Assembly (NCBI GenBank): GCA_951406725.2
Contig: OX597822.1
Span: 55,242,001-55,306,000, forward strand
Origin: Octopus vulgaris
Lineage: Eukaryota
Direction of reading: 5' to 3'
Length of the DNA stretch: 64,000 bases
Shown: piece by piece, positions 13,472 to 26,143 of the stretch
Position numbering within the stretch: position 1 is the stretch's first letter
Layout: every line of letters begins with the position of its first letter
The notes under the pieces: model-generated
Database searches by the model: none
The model's input: the letters and a program-made list of their open reading frames with translations, nothing else
What the model was told of the DNA's origin: nothing
Made by a program: the position numbers and the translations under genes

Positions 13472-13520
13472 AGCCCCTGATGAGCATTAATGTAAATGCG
13501 AAACCACTGGTCATCTGGCT
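13472..13520 (+). ncRNA. Type I hammerhead ribozyme copy B (intact core)
   Basis: agccc CTGATGA gcatt-aatgta-aatgc GAAA ccac tg gtcat c tggct: canonical CUGANGA, 5-bp stem II, GAAA, short stem III, stem I agcc/ggct. Confidence 0.8.
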
Positions 13521-13805
13521 ATGCACGGTGCTTAGGTAGCTTGCTTTCCTTGTCAGTAAATAAGACGGTGCGTATTGTGGCTATGAGTTGTTTTGACTCT
13601 TATTTCTAGCAATATTGCTGCCGAATACAGTCCTTAGTCACTTTAGTGACGTATATATTTTTGCATTTCGGTTGAAAAATTTCTAACGAGCCAACCTAAA
13701 TATTTATAATTTACACCTTTACCATTTATGAAATCAACATATGATTTCTACGGCGATCTTATAAGCTGACGAGGAGAGTTGAGTTTAACACAAGGCGCCG
13801 CTAAG

Positions 13806-13854
13806 AGCCATTGACGAGCATCAATGTAAATGCGAAATCACTGTTGATCTGGCT
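13806..13854 (+). ncRNA. Hammerhead ribozyme copy C (C3->U)
   Basis: agcca ttgacga gcatc aatgta aatgc gaa atcac tg ttgat c tggct. Confidence 0.65.
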
Positions 13855-14344
13855 ATGTCCCGTGCTTTGGGAACTTGTCACCCTTGTCAGTAAATAAGAC
13901 GGTATTGTGGCTATGAGTTGTTTTGACTGTATATATATACGTATAGGCATACATATATATATATGGTTAATCCAAACATGAAAACACAAAGAGAAAACAC
14001 AACAACGCGAGGACGTGGAACAAGTATAGTGTTATTGGACGCTCATATACACGCGCGCGCACGCACACACAGTGATTGATATGATGAATAGATATGGTAT
14101 AAAATTGTTCACAAATATTCTCGAAGTATTTCAAAGAAAAATGCTGTAATAACTATTTTTAATGAAAACAATTGAACAGAGGCGGTAGGGAGCGTGAGAG
14201 AAGAGAAAGGGGAAGAGAAAAGGAGAGACTGCTTTACAAGGATAAAAAATGTGAATGTGACAGCGTGCAGGGGGAATGATGGGAAGTTCTAAATAAAATG
14301 ATAGGCAGGGCAAGAGTTTTGAACGAAGTTTGTGTGAGAGAGGA

Positions 14345-14530
14345 GAAAAGCCGTAGTGGTAAAGACGTTGGACTGTGTGATAAGAAGTTTACTCCCCAAC
14401 CACATAGTTCTGGGTTCAGTCCCACTGAGTGGCTTCTTGGGCAAGTGTCTTCTACAATGGACTCTGGCCGACCAAAGCCTTGTGAGTGGATTTGGTAGAT
14501 GGAAACTGAAAGAATCTCCTTCTATATAAA
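14345..14530 (+). mobile_element. SINE family A 5' half, diverged
   Basis: gggttcagtcccactg...ttgggcaagtgtcttctac...gtgagtggatttggtagatggaaactgaaagaa. Confidence 0.75.
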
Positions 14531-14661
14531 TGTGTGTGTTTATGTATGTATGTATGTATGTATGTATGTATGTATGTATGTATGTATGTATATGTAATAT
14601 AGTGTGAAAGTGTTCATCACTATTCTCTTAGTATCTCAAAGAAAAACTGAGTTACCACTCA

Positions 14662-15050
14662 TCTATATCTATAAAACAGTCCTAGGACGAAAATTTTATA
14701 CACATTTTGCTTTGACGGTTAATGGCGGCCAAACCGAGGCTAGGATCGAGCTGAAAATAGGCAGGAATACTAAATGCGTGGTGAGGATGAAACCCGCGAT
14801 GGTTAAAATTCGCAAGCTATAAAGATGTGGTTGCTATGGCAAAAAGAGTGATTTTTTATCGATTCAAGGGGGCCCAGAACCCCTCAAGGTTTGTGCGATT
14901 GGCTTTTAATGCCCAGCGGTATGCACTGCAGGCTGTTGGGCTTAATAAACATACATTTTGTCGTGAAATTTCGGCTACTAGGAAACGATTTTTCATTGTG
15001 AAAAAACGAGTGCTTTTTGGCCTCATTTTCTTTTTAATCTTTTTATAAAA
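14662..15050 (+). mobile_element. Helitron-like 5' fragment
   Basis: Begins A|TCTATATCTATAAAA like other Helitron 5' ends; no 3' CTAG/hairpin located, so the right boundary is approximate. Confidence 0.4.
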
Positions 15051-17429
15051 GTGAAAGGATTTCGTCTATTTATTTCTGCTGTCCACTTACGACGGTGATT
15101 TAGTTGACTAGGAAAACTATACATGATGAATATCCGATACCAAACTTAATCTACATATTGAAACTACATTAAACTTTGGCAAGCTTACCTTTACCTATTC
15201 TGAATTACTTGAAAAGTGATGTTCCCTTCCCTCACTTCTGATTATTGATACCCTTTTTCTTTACCTTTGATGCCGTTGTTTCACTTTAAAGATGCTTCTT
15301 TACCCAGCCATTATGCTATTTCGACTGCTGTCCATTGTTTCAAAGAGGTTTTAGCGTTGTCATTCTAGCCTTTTTAAACACTCACATATGATTCGTCCCA
15401 AAGAATCAACCTTTAAATAAGAGTTTTGCTTCCACTAGCGAAAGCTATACGTATCTTTCAGGAAGCTCCATACCAATTTAACTTTATGCACCATTCGCTT
15501 TTAGTTTATGTGCACGCTATGTGGGAAGGTAGAATAAAGGGGATTTTGTTAGCTTTTCTCTCCAAACAAATAGCTCCCTTTGCTGTTGAACAAAATAAAC
15601 TCGCAGAGAGGAAGTTTCAACATCTTCCTTCAATTTCCTTACACCATTTATGTGGCTGTTTCTGACAAGAAATTTCGCTTTCATGTAAAACAACTATATT
15701 TTGTAGTCCTTATCCGTAATATACTCCCAAAACACTTCAGTAGCTTTACTTTACATCGCTTGCAAACTTATATGTTCTATGATAATCAAAGTGCAACGAC
15801 CTCCACAATAACCAGCCTTCAATTTGATTTTCCGTTCCTATGTTAATCGGAAACAGATTGCCATGTTACACATAAACCTTCTCGGTAGTTCAATTATTTG
15901 GTGAAAAAAATACCACGAAAGCAACTTAAACCGTCCAAAAGACGGGTGCGTTTGCTAGTCTTTAATAAAAACAATTGAGTAGACATAAATATTCTTAAAG
16001 TACCTCACAGAAGACCTTTGTAAGCAGTAGTTGTTAGCAAATACACTTAAATAGAACGATGGAGATAGAGAGTGGAAGAGAAAGAGGGGGAGAGAGAGAT
16101 ATATGTTCAAATAAATAAAATTAATTTTTATGATTGAAACACGTACTTAAATTTTCAATGATATATTTTTGATAAAAAGAATATTAAAATTGGAGTTTGT
16201 ATGAATTTTCTAGACTCTGTAAATTTTAATAATTGCTATCTTTTTGTAGAAGTTACAGCTTCCTTTATCATAGTATAAATATGTATCTATGAAATGCTCA
16301 ACCAATAACACATTAAATTAGAAGCAAACAATTCACTTATTGAGATTAAATGTATTTTTTAGTTAGTTGTGCTACTAATGATGTAAATAATATAAAACAG
16401 AATAGAACATGTCTTCGATGTTGTTCTATAGTTCATCAGTCAATTTTTTTCTTCGATTAATATAAATGTTGTGTCCATGATAGATTGTGACATCAATTTC
16501 GTTTAATAGTTTAACATCACATTCGCAGACCGTAGCACAAAAATATTCTATGTTATGTAACCGTATTATTGAAGACGTCCATATTAGATGTGCACGATAA
16601 GAGCTACCCAAGCGCTAAAAGCAACAACAACGATAACAACAATAGCGACGTCGACAATGATGTCAACAAGAACAAGAACAAGAACAACAACAACAACAAC
16701 AACAAGAGAAAGCAATATTATTAGATGAAGCCAATCATTTAAGTAATGGACGGAACTACTCGCATTTATGACAAACAGACGGCACTTCTCTCGTTTTAAT
16801 CACCAGCCAAAGGCAATAATTGTATAACCAAACTAATTCTGCCAACAACCACTCATACACAGTGCTATTATTAATACAGTGTTGACTAGTGAATTACAAT
16901 ACTGTTTAACATACGAGATAGCCGAATATAATTCCATAAGTAGCTACAACCGGAATGAATCGTGTTCATTCCAGACATCGATAAATTACCGGAAATATAA
17001 ACATAGACGACCCAAGGAAATTGTAATGCTTAACAACTGTAAATATTACCCGGTCATATTTATCACTCATTGACATTCACTGAGACTGGAACATTTCCTA
17101 TACATGTCTCTGTATCTATCAACATGTAACTTAATGTCGTATAAATCGAGAAAAAAAAATCTTACTGTATACCAAATTATGATAAGCGACAAATCAGAGA
17201 AAACCTCTCTCTGAGGTCTCTCGATGTCGTAGAAATAGCAGCCGAATATCTCTGACATAGAATCTGTCTTAAAAATGGGAAATATACATTAGATAATGTT
17301 GTGCTGGATATACTGTCTGAATAAAAGAGGGAATCGTTACGGCTAAAACGCCTTTGAGATTATATCTGCTCGACAGAGGGAAGCAGGGTAAACAATAACA
17401 AAATGATATAAATAAATAATAATACAGTA

Positions 17430-17977
17430 CCCTGGTGCAGTACCAAGCACTGACTCACATGGCTTCTGATCTTAACTGATAGGAAGTGCTATCATACACG
17501 ATTGTGTTGGTATAAAAAATGGGCTACAGCAAATATTCTGCTCAGTACCACAAATTTGCTTGTCAGTTGTTTGACTTTAAGCAGTTAAGCATTTCTCTTA
17601 GTGGCTGACGATATGTGCATCTCTGATCATGAGCAGACGTAGTGGGGGTACGTCATAGCTAAATGTTGAGAGGAATTCTTTGAGGCTTGAATAATTTACC
17701 TCGGAAACATGGGTGTTTCGTTCAACATCCTTAAACAACCCTTATTCAGGGATCTTTTGAGCGATATGGGCAACTCAACCTGAAAAAAATTCTAATTGGG
17801 CCCCACCTGCAAGGTCTTCTGTTGTTTATCTTGATATGAGATCACCATGACGCGTACATATGGCTGTGATGCATGTGCCTGGTGAACTTTTATCAGACGA
17901 GTAGTCATGATGGGTATACTGGGCTTCGTATATTTTACCCTTGTGTCACTTTGGTGACATGTGCTGCTCTCTCACTC
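17430..17977. mobile_element. ~550-bp interspersed repeat associated with (AAT)n; other copies at 33951-34485, 35641-35733 and 20897-20937
   Basis: ccctg(a/g)tgca...gatcttaactgat...ctgctctctcactc followed by an AAT/AAC run; both long copies are flanked by AAT-type repeats. Confidence 0.85.
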
Positions 17978-18019
17978 AACAAGAACAAGTACAAGAACAA
18001 CAACAACAACAATAATCAA

Positions 18020-18477
18020 CTGCGACGATTTGAAGTGGGAAATGCGAAGGTTGTGGTCAGTGGAGCGAGTAGACGAGATACCAATAGTAATTGATGCGCT
18101 TGGAAGTATCAGCACTCATCTTCCAGCAATATCAGCAGGTGACAACATTTCCCAAAAAGAAACGGAGGAACTTCCAAAATACAAAGATCTAGAAATAGAA
18201 GTGACTCGAAAATGGGACCTAAAAACAGAAACAATTCCTATTATAGTAGGTGCATTAGGTATGAGAAAAACTTTCAGGCAAATACGTAACAAAAACACCA
18301 GGACTTACAAGTATATATAACATACAGAAAATAGCGCTACTTAGCACCGCAAACATCCTGCGTAAAACATTTCAATACAGTGAAAATAAGAGCACCACAA
18401 CAAACCATAGTACATATCCAAGGCACACAGAGCTGCGCTCGGTAGTGCAGTAAAGGCACGTGATAAAATTAAGACTA

Positions 18478-18480
<3 letters not shown>
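18020..18480 (+). mobile_element. Two fused R4/Dong LINE 3' fragments (RLE C-terminus + 3' UTR) ending in (AAT)n
   Basis: DDLKWEMRRLW...IPIVIDALG then KYKDLEIEVTRKWDLKTETIPIIVGALG; same 3' UTR as 60189-60543 and 61147-61371. Confidence 0.85.
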
Positions 18481-18553
<73 letters not shown>

Positions 18554-18580
18554 TTTAACACAAAAATATTTGTATCTTTG

Positions 18581-20894
18581 TGCCCTTGTACTAGATATAT
18601 GATATAACGAAGCAGGGGGGAAAGTATTTACACGATGCATTACTATTACTATTACACGAGATTCAAAACTCTATATCAAAGGTTGACAATGAGTTGTTAC
18701 CAACACGAACTGCCAATCGGTCACAGTTCTTTGTTTTATAAAAATTAGTCAGTCCACCTTTGGTCACTTGAGGGGTAGTCGGAATCCTTCTGCAACATCT
18801 CCCCTATTTAGAATCATTCTCCCCTATCTTCTCCACTTTTTCCGCTCCGAGTTTTAATATTTCTTACGCTTAGGGTTCAACTCCAGCGGAAAAATCAGCA
18901 CACTCTGATTTTATTATCCTATTTCTTAACGAACACAGTAGGTGATACTCATTCAGAGTATTCCACCTTTTGGATAACTCCAATTTTTTCTTGTCTCTCT
19001 AAGTTTATCTGTTCTAACATTGCGAACGGTACCGTTCGTTTTTGTTTAAATGACAGTATGGTATTTTCTTGAATTTGAAATCGTGTCTTCGTTTTAGTAC
19101 ACAGACCTAATATATCGGACAGAACTCCAGGAAAAATATGTTTTAACTTTTTTTTCATTTCGTCTGACGACTTATTTGTACTGGAGTCAAAACCATTCAT
19201 CTTTTTACAGAAAAGATTTATGGGGAGGTTCCATAAATTAAACAATTCCATCCAGTCAGTACCGAACAAGTTTGTTGTATTATTTAACACAAAAACTTTA
19301 ACCTTTAAGTTTTTTTTTTTTTTTTTCACGAAATGTAATGTTACTTATCAATTCGCCCTTAAAATATAATTTTTTTCCTGAAACACCACGAGCAATTTTT
19401 TCCATGTATCTGTGTTAATTATTGAGATGTCGCTGCCTGTGTCCAATTGTAACTTTACGCTTGCGTTATTAATTTTTACATATACAAATTTTCTTTGAGG
19501 CTCGTTCGTATTTTTTGTCACCAATAATCCGCTTAGGTGATGTTTTTCTATTGAACCGCTTTTTGGGTTCTGTTCTACAATGCGACTTTATATGGCCTAT
19601 TTTACGACACTTATAGTATTTCATATTTTTAAACGGACAATTATTTTTAAAATGTAGACCACTGCACCCATAACATGGATTCGGTCTTGATATTTTTTCT
19701 CTATTTCCTTATTCGTTATCGGTCGACATGCTTGAATCTGGGAGTAATCTTTCTCTTCAATTCTATTTGTGTATTGTCTTAGATTAATAATCCTCTGACA
19801 TTCTTCTGCTACTGTATGCAGAGTTAAATTTTGGTCCTGTTCTAATTTTGTTATTATCCGGGAATGTATATCTGCATCTTTGCAGTAAGCCCTTGAACAA
19901 AAATTAAAAACTTGACCATTTCCAGGGTCAACTCATTCAGTTTGAATTTCTCACACTCTCTGTTAACCACTCTGGTATAGGTGGCGAAATATTTATCATC
20001 TTTTTTGATCAAATTTAAATATTGTCAGCGAGTGTTGAGCAGGGAACTTCTTTCACTGAAAATTTTCGATAAAATATTAATCGTTTCATCGAAACAAATC
20101 TCACTTGGCTTCTTTGGACAGAATATAATTACTATATTTTTCGTGTTCGGCAAAGGATAACTTTCTTAAAAGTAGTCGTACTTTTTTCTCGTCGGATCAA
20201 CTTCAATTCTTTTCTTTGGCGATTTCTTCGTATCTACGGAAATATGCCGAGAAGGTAATCCTTTCTTCTAGATTATAGCTGAATACTTCAATTGAGTTTG
20301 TACTTTAGTTACTTTAGGTATTTTTATTAATTCGATTTTATAATTATTTAATTGAAGTGGATTATTTTTGTTGCTTTATAAATTTCTATCATTTCTATTG
20401 GTGTGTAAGAACGTAAAGCATTTTGAGATTCCTTCAACATTAATTCCAGCGACTGTTGGTTTTGTTGTTGTTGCTGCCGTAGTTGCCGCCGCCGTCGCTG
20501 CTGTTGCTGTTGAAGTTGCTGCTGTAACTGCTGTTCTTGCTACTGTAGTTGCTGTTGCAACTGCACCACGGAGGCGAATAAGTTCTCCATCTTAAATGAT
20601 ATTTCCTTTGGCTTCGTACCAAAACAAAAAGAAATTTTTTAACGTCCAGTGCAAGCTTCGAACAACTCATTGCCATATCCTTGTATTAGATATATAATAT
20701 AACGAAGCAGTGGGAAGAAAGTATATACACAACGCACTACAATTACTATTACACGAGATTCAATGCGCTATATCAAAGGCTCACAGTGAACTGCTACCAA
20801 CATGAACTGCCAATCGGTCACAGTTCTTTGTTTTATAACAATGAGTCAGGCCACCTTTAGTCACTTGGTGAGGGACTGGAATCCTTCCACAATA
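18581..20894 (-). mobile_element. Gypsy (Mag-like) LTR retrotransposon, internally deleted
   Basis: Direct LTRs ~18581-18797 and ~20676-20894; PBS-like tggcaatgag and PPT aaataggggaga on the minus strand; gag with two CCHC-type knuckles (CYGCSGLHFKNNC, KCRKIGHIKSHC); protease VKLQLDTGSDIS; pre-RT segment LGLCTKTK...KRTVPFA...VIQKVEYSE, then deletion. Confidence 0.9.
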
Positions 20895-20951
20895 TTATCC
20901 CACTGTCATTTTGAGGGCATACGCTGCCCTCTCACTCAATAATAATAATAA

Positions 20952-21246
20952 TTGCTACCTAACTCAGATACCAGGAAACCCCAAAATGGCAGAAATTCAA
21001 AAGATAGTGCACATGAAAACTGCTCATATCCTACGCAAAATACTCTCTATGTAATCTCAAGGTTTAAAACAAACATTTTTTAAAAAATTTATTTATTAGA
21101 CATTCACTAGTACAACACCAAAAAACCTCCAAACATATGGCACACTAGGCATAACAACAACGTGAACTTCCAACCTGTTGTCTCTTGAGGTCTCTGGGTG
21201 AGACTTGGAGCCAACTTGTACAAACATAAAGCAAAAGTCAAACAGA

Positions 21247-21248
<2 letters not shown>
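20952..21248 (+). mobile_element. R4/Dong LINE extreme 3' end between (AAT)n tracts
   Basis: IPGNPKMAEIQKIVHMKTAHILRKILSM* followed by 3' UTR and (AAT)n. Confidence 0.85.
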
Positions 21249-21318
<70 letters not shown>

Positions 21319-21341
21319 TAATAATAATAATAATGATAATA

Positions 21342-24300
21342 GGATAAAAATCAAGGATATTGAGACTGATGGATATAAGTATCTGGTTATTTTGGAATAT
21401 GACAAAATCAAGGAGAGTGAGATGAAGGAAAGCTTTAGGCGAGAATATCTCGCCTAGAGATCAATGCAGCACTAACAACAGAAGTGGAAGAATTTTAGAA
21501 AGAAATATGGTCAGCGAAAGAACAACCTCAGAAAAGATCTATCAACACAACAAACACAGCACCTGAACGACTCTGAACTCCTATAACAACTGAAGAGGGC
21601 ACTGCAAAATCTAAGCAACTGGAAGACAACAGAGCACGACAAGATCTCCAACTTTTGGTTAAAACATCTAACAGGAATACATAAAGCGCTGGCTGAGAAA
21701 TTTAATGAAATTCTAGCAGAGCCAGAGACAATACCGGAATTGCTCACAGAAGGGAAAACTATCCTAATTCCCAAATCCACCGAAACGGCAGACCAACAAA
21801 ATTACAATCCGATAACTTGTCTCCCTACAATTTACAAAGCCGTTACTGCAATAACATCGCAGAAAGTAAGAAAACATATGGGAGAAACCAACCTATTTCC
21901 AAACGAGCAGAAGGGATGCTGTAAGGGCTCATACGGCTGTAAAGATCAGCTACTGAACAATAAAGCCATAAATAAAGACAGCCACAGAAAGAAGAAGGGT
22001 CTAAGTATGGCCTGGATAGATTGTCGACAGTGAGCATAATGATGAAGCGGAGTGGCTGCATGAAATCCAAGATAGGTTATGAAATATAGAAGTCCAAGAA
22101 GACATAAAGATAACTATAGAAATGATGAAAAATAAAAGCAGTCAAGAAATTTCTCAAATTGGAAGAGCCCAGGACCGGATGGGGTCGAAGGTTGTTGGAT
22201 GAAAAAGCTGAGAAGACTCCATGAAAGAACGGTACAATGGCTAGATGAGTGCTTGCAGGAAGGTGCAGTACCCGCTGGATGACAAAGGGAAGGACATTGT
22301 TATATGCCAAGGATCCTGAAAAGGGAAATGTCGCATCGAACTTTAGACCAATAACATGCCTTCCGCTAATATGGAAACTAATGTCAGGCGTTTTGGCCGG
22401 TAAACTGTACAGATACTTGGAAAAAGTGGGCTGCTACCCATCGAACAGAAAGGGTGCCATAAAACGAGCCAGGGAACGAAGGATCAGCTCTTAATTGATA
22501 ATCTAATTATCAGGAACTGTAAGAAAAGACATACAAACCTGAACACGGCATGGGTTGACTATCGCAAAGCATACGATATGATACCACACTGCTGGATAAT
22601 AAGAACAATGGAAATGTATGGAGTAGCAGAGAATATGAGAAGCCTTATATGGAATAGCATGAAATGCTGGAGAACGGAGTTTTCAGCAGGGAAGCAAGTA
22701 CTAGGAGAGGTGAAAATCAAGAGAGGAATCTTCTGGGAATACAGTGTGTCCTCGCTGATGTCCGTGCTGGAAATGATCCCCTTGAGTGAAATATTACAGA
22801 AAACAAAGTTGGGGTATGATCTGGGAAGAGGTAAGGGGAGACTAAACCACTTGCTATTCATGTATGACCTGAAGCTATTCACAAAAACTGAGGCATAGCT
22901 TAGTCCAGTCTGTGCGAATTTTCTCCAATGATATTAAGATGGAGTTTGGGCTCTCAAAATATGCTACGATGGGGATGAGAGCATCATGACAGCCATAATT
23001 TGCTGCCAGAAGAACAGAAAGGTCGCAGGAAGCCGGCTTGAGGAACGAAAGCAGTTCTGCCAGTCTACTTCCCTTAAACCCTCATGACAATGACCACCAC
23101 GACGACGACGATGATGAGTTAGGGGGATGCCAAGCACGAACAGCAGAGTGGATAACGCGAGTGGAATATTCCTCTGAAAATGCTGAGATGCAGATCGATG
23201 TTATTACAAAAGCAAATATCTGCAAACAAGATAGAAAAGTGGAAAGCTGCAAGACTAGACTTGAGCTAAAAAAACACGAGCCTCCGTGAAACCATAGTGA
23301 TTAAGCTAAATGAGTGCATGTAAAAAGAAAAGTACCACTGTGGCTAAAAAAAGAAGAACCTGTCTAATGCTGAAAGATAAATTGAAAAGAAAGGCTGCCT
23401 CAAATTGCTGATCAATTAGGTGTCTACCAATTATGTGTAAACGCTTGTAGAAAAAAACGGAAGACATATATCAACACCTAGGAAATAAAATCACCTAATG
23501 CCCGTTGGATAGAAAAGCTGTGGAAAAAAAAACGAACAGAGGAATGAAAGACTAATTCATGGTTGACATATTTATGCATTGCGTAGACCGATTATAGAGA
23601 ATCATACGACGTAGTATCACCTCCATGAAGCAAACGATTTCTCGAACTCTTAAAAATCTCGATAAAGGCTTGGTGCCAGTTAGAAAATGCAATGCATCAT
23701 TAGGAAGTAAAGTTAACATCAGATGAGGTAAGATAAACAAAGATACAAATTAGAAGAGGAATCTTTCAAAGAGACAGCCGTTCTCTCAGCATGTTGGTAA
23801 TTGCTCGACTATACTAAACAAAGCTAAGGAAGGATACTCATTTGGAAGAATGGGATCAAAGTGAATCATTTCTTATTTATGACTAATTTAAATCTATATG
23901 GCAAAAGCAAGAACCAGTTGGACTCCTTAATGCAAACAGAGAAAACATTCAGTACTGACAATGAGATGACTTTTGGTATCGAAAAATATACAATGATAGA
24001 GATGAATCGTGGAAAATCCATGAAAAATAGTGGAATAGACCAACTTAATGAAGAAAATATAAAATCTTAAAACAGCAGAAATATATATGTCTAGGAATGC
24101 TAGAAAGTGACAAAATGAAAAGTAGAGACATGAAGAGAAATCTCAGTAAATAATATTTTCGCAGAATGAAGAAAATTAGAAAATCAAAATTTAAAGTGAG
24201 GATCATCGTAAATGCAATCAACTCAGGGTCAGTATACTTAATAAGGCAGCAAGTAGGAATTGGTGAATGGAGAAATGATGAGCAGAAGGACATCGACCGA

Positions 24301-25490
24301 AAAACGATGAAAAATATTGGAATAGGCCTACCTAGAGAAGAAAATATTAAATCTTAAAACAGCAGAAATATATATGTCTGGGAATGCTAGAAAGTGACAA
24401 AATGAAAAGTACAGACATGAAGGAAGCATGTATCCTCTTGTCTGATGTGGACCAGTTGTCCTGGAAAAGAGCAGAAAGAAAAAGAGGATTAATGAATGTT
24501 AAAGAGGTAAGTAGAACTAGAGAAGATAGATCTAGGTTTCTATGAAGAAGGTAAGGAAGAAACACTTCTTAAGGAGATAATAAGTGAAGGACTAAATCCA
24601 AAAAAGATAAAAGGATAATGCGGCAAAAAGGAAATCAACTTTGAAGGAAAGAAGCTTCACTCAGCATTTTATATGAACGAAAGAGATATGTGTGATGGTA
24701 AAGACAGTTGACTATGACTAATGAAAGGGGTATTGAAGAAGAAGACCAATGGAATACGAACAGACCCTGAGGGTAAACTTGATCAAAAACACGATAAATC
24801 AACAAGACTGCTCCCCCAAATGCAGGATGAGCAATATTTTAGATGAGACCATAGCACACTCTGTATCAGAATGTCTATAGCTATCTTAGAATGAATATAA
24901 AAAAGGATTGGCATGATCAGATTGCTGCTCCAGCGCAGTGAAACTTTTGCAGGAAATTTGGCTTTGCATGCACGGAAAAAGCTATAGCCACTTTGTGGGA
25001 ACAGAATGCAGGCTCTCGAAAACTATTGCAGTGCAGTTGTGATGGTATTTTCTCATACAAATCAAAAGAAGAACGGAATACAACAGAATCGATATTGAAG
25101 TTGTCGACAACTAACATTGTATTTTAATTGACGTGGCCTGCACATTTGGTTTCAGAGTAAAAAAAATAAATAAATAAAATGGCGAGGAGGGTAGAGTATA
25201 ATGTCGAATTAAAGTATGAAATCCTCACGTGCTAAAACATAGAAATTAACAAGGTGATGACGGTGCCGATTACTATTGGAGCCTTGTGAAGTGTGTCAAA
25301 AAATATAAGAACAAACCTTGTAAAACTTGATTTTAATCTGGAAGTAAATGCAGGGCAGAAAACATGTTCATTAGGTTCAACCAAATTTATCCCAAAAGTC
25401 CTCAACAGAATGTAGAAACAGGCATGAAAATCAGGAAAAAACGCTTTTCTACAAAAGAAGCACAAAATGCTCCTCGTCCTAGATCCGAGT
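21342..25490 (+). pseudogene. Mosaic of at least four degraded R4/Dong LINE fragments
   Basis: Repeated RT motifs from different families: YKYLVILE; NYNPITCL...EQKGC..GSYGCKDQLL; NFRPITCLPLIWK...[10 protein letters not shown]...[12 protein letters not shown]; NHFLFMTNLNLY; decayed CCHC/RLE at 24.8-25.4 kb. Confidence 0.85.
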
Positions 25491-26105
25491 TGTGGTTTTG
25501 ATAGAAAGCACCAGTTCCGTGAAACACCCATAATAATTCTTTCTAATTTGGGGCACAGGACCTGCAATTTTGAGGAGAAACACAAGTCGACTAAATCGAC
25601 TCCCAGTGGGGAGGGTGACAGTCGATCACATAGACCCCAGTACTCAACTGGTACTTATTTTATCGACCCCCAAAAAGATGAAGGACAAAGGCGATAAATG
25701 GATTCAGAATGTAAAGACTTGGAACAAATACCAATAAGCATTTTGTCCGGCACGTTAACAACTCTGCATGCTTGCTGCCTTAGTGATGATGATGATGATG
25801 ATGGGGAGGAGGAGGAGGAAAAAAAGAGTGAGGAAGGAGGAACAGGGGTAAGAGGAAGAAGAAAGGTTATGATCATGACAACGATGACGATGATAATGAT
25901 AATGATAATGATAATTTAGACACAAGGTGAGCAATCAACTCCGGTATTTGAATCGTACTTTGTTTTATCAACCTCGAAGGGACGAATGTTAAAATTGACT
26001 CTGTTCGGATTTGAATTCAGAAAGTTAAAAGCCAGAAAACATTTCCTCCGGCAGAAAACATTTCCTCACTACTATGATGATAATGATGACTATGATGACG
26101 ACGAC

Positions 26106-26143
<38 letters not shown>

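Larger units (their letters stand above)
12650..13928. mobile_element. Hammerhead-containing repeat (retrozyme or Penelope pLTR-like): one inverted copy (12650-13470, interrupted by a MITE) plus ~1.4 tandem forward copies with 334-bp period
   Basis: Sequence 13471-13598 recurs at 13805-13928; 13221-13470 and 12650-12697 are reverse complements of parts of the forward unit. Confidence 0.8.

Noticed and set aside
16410-16445. Minus-strand CTGATGA motif
   Set aside because: No stem II or GAAA at the proper spacing; chance match
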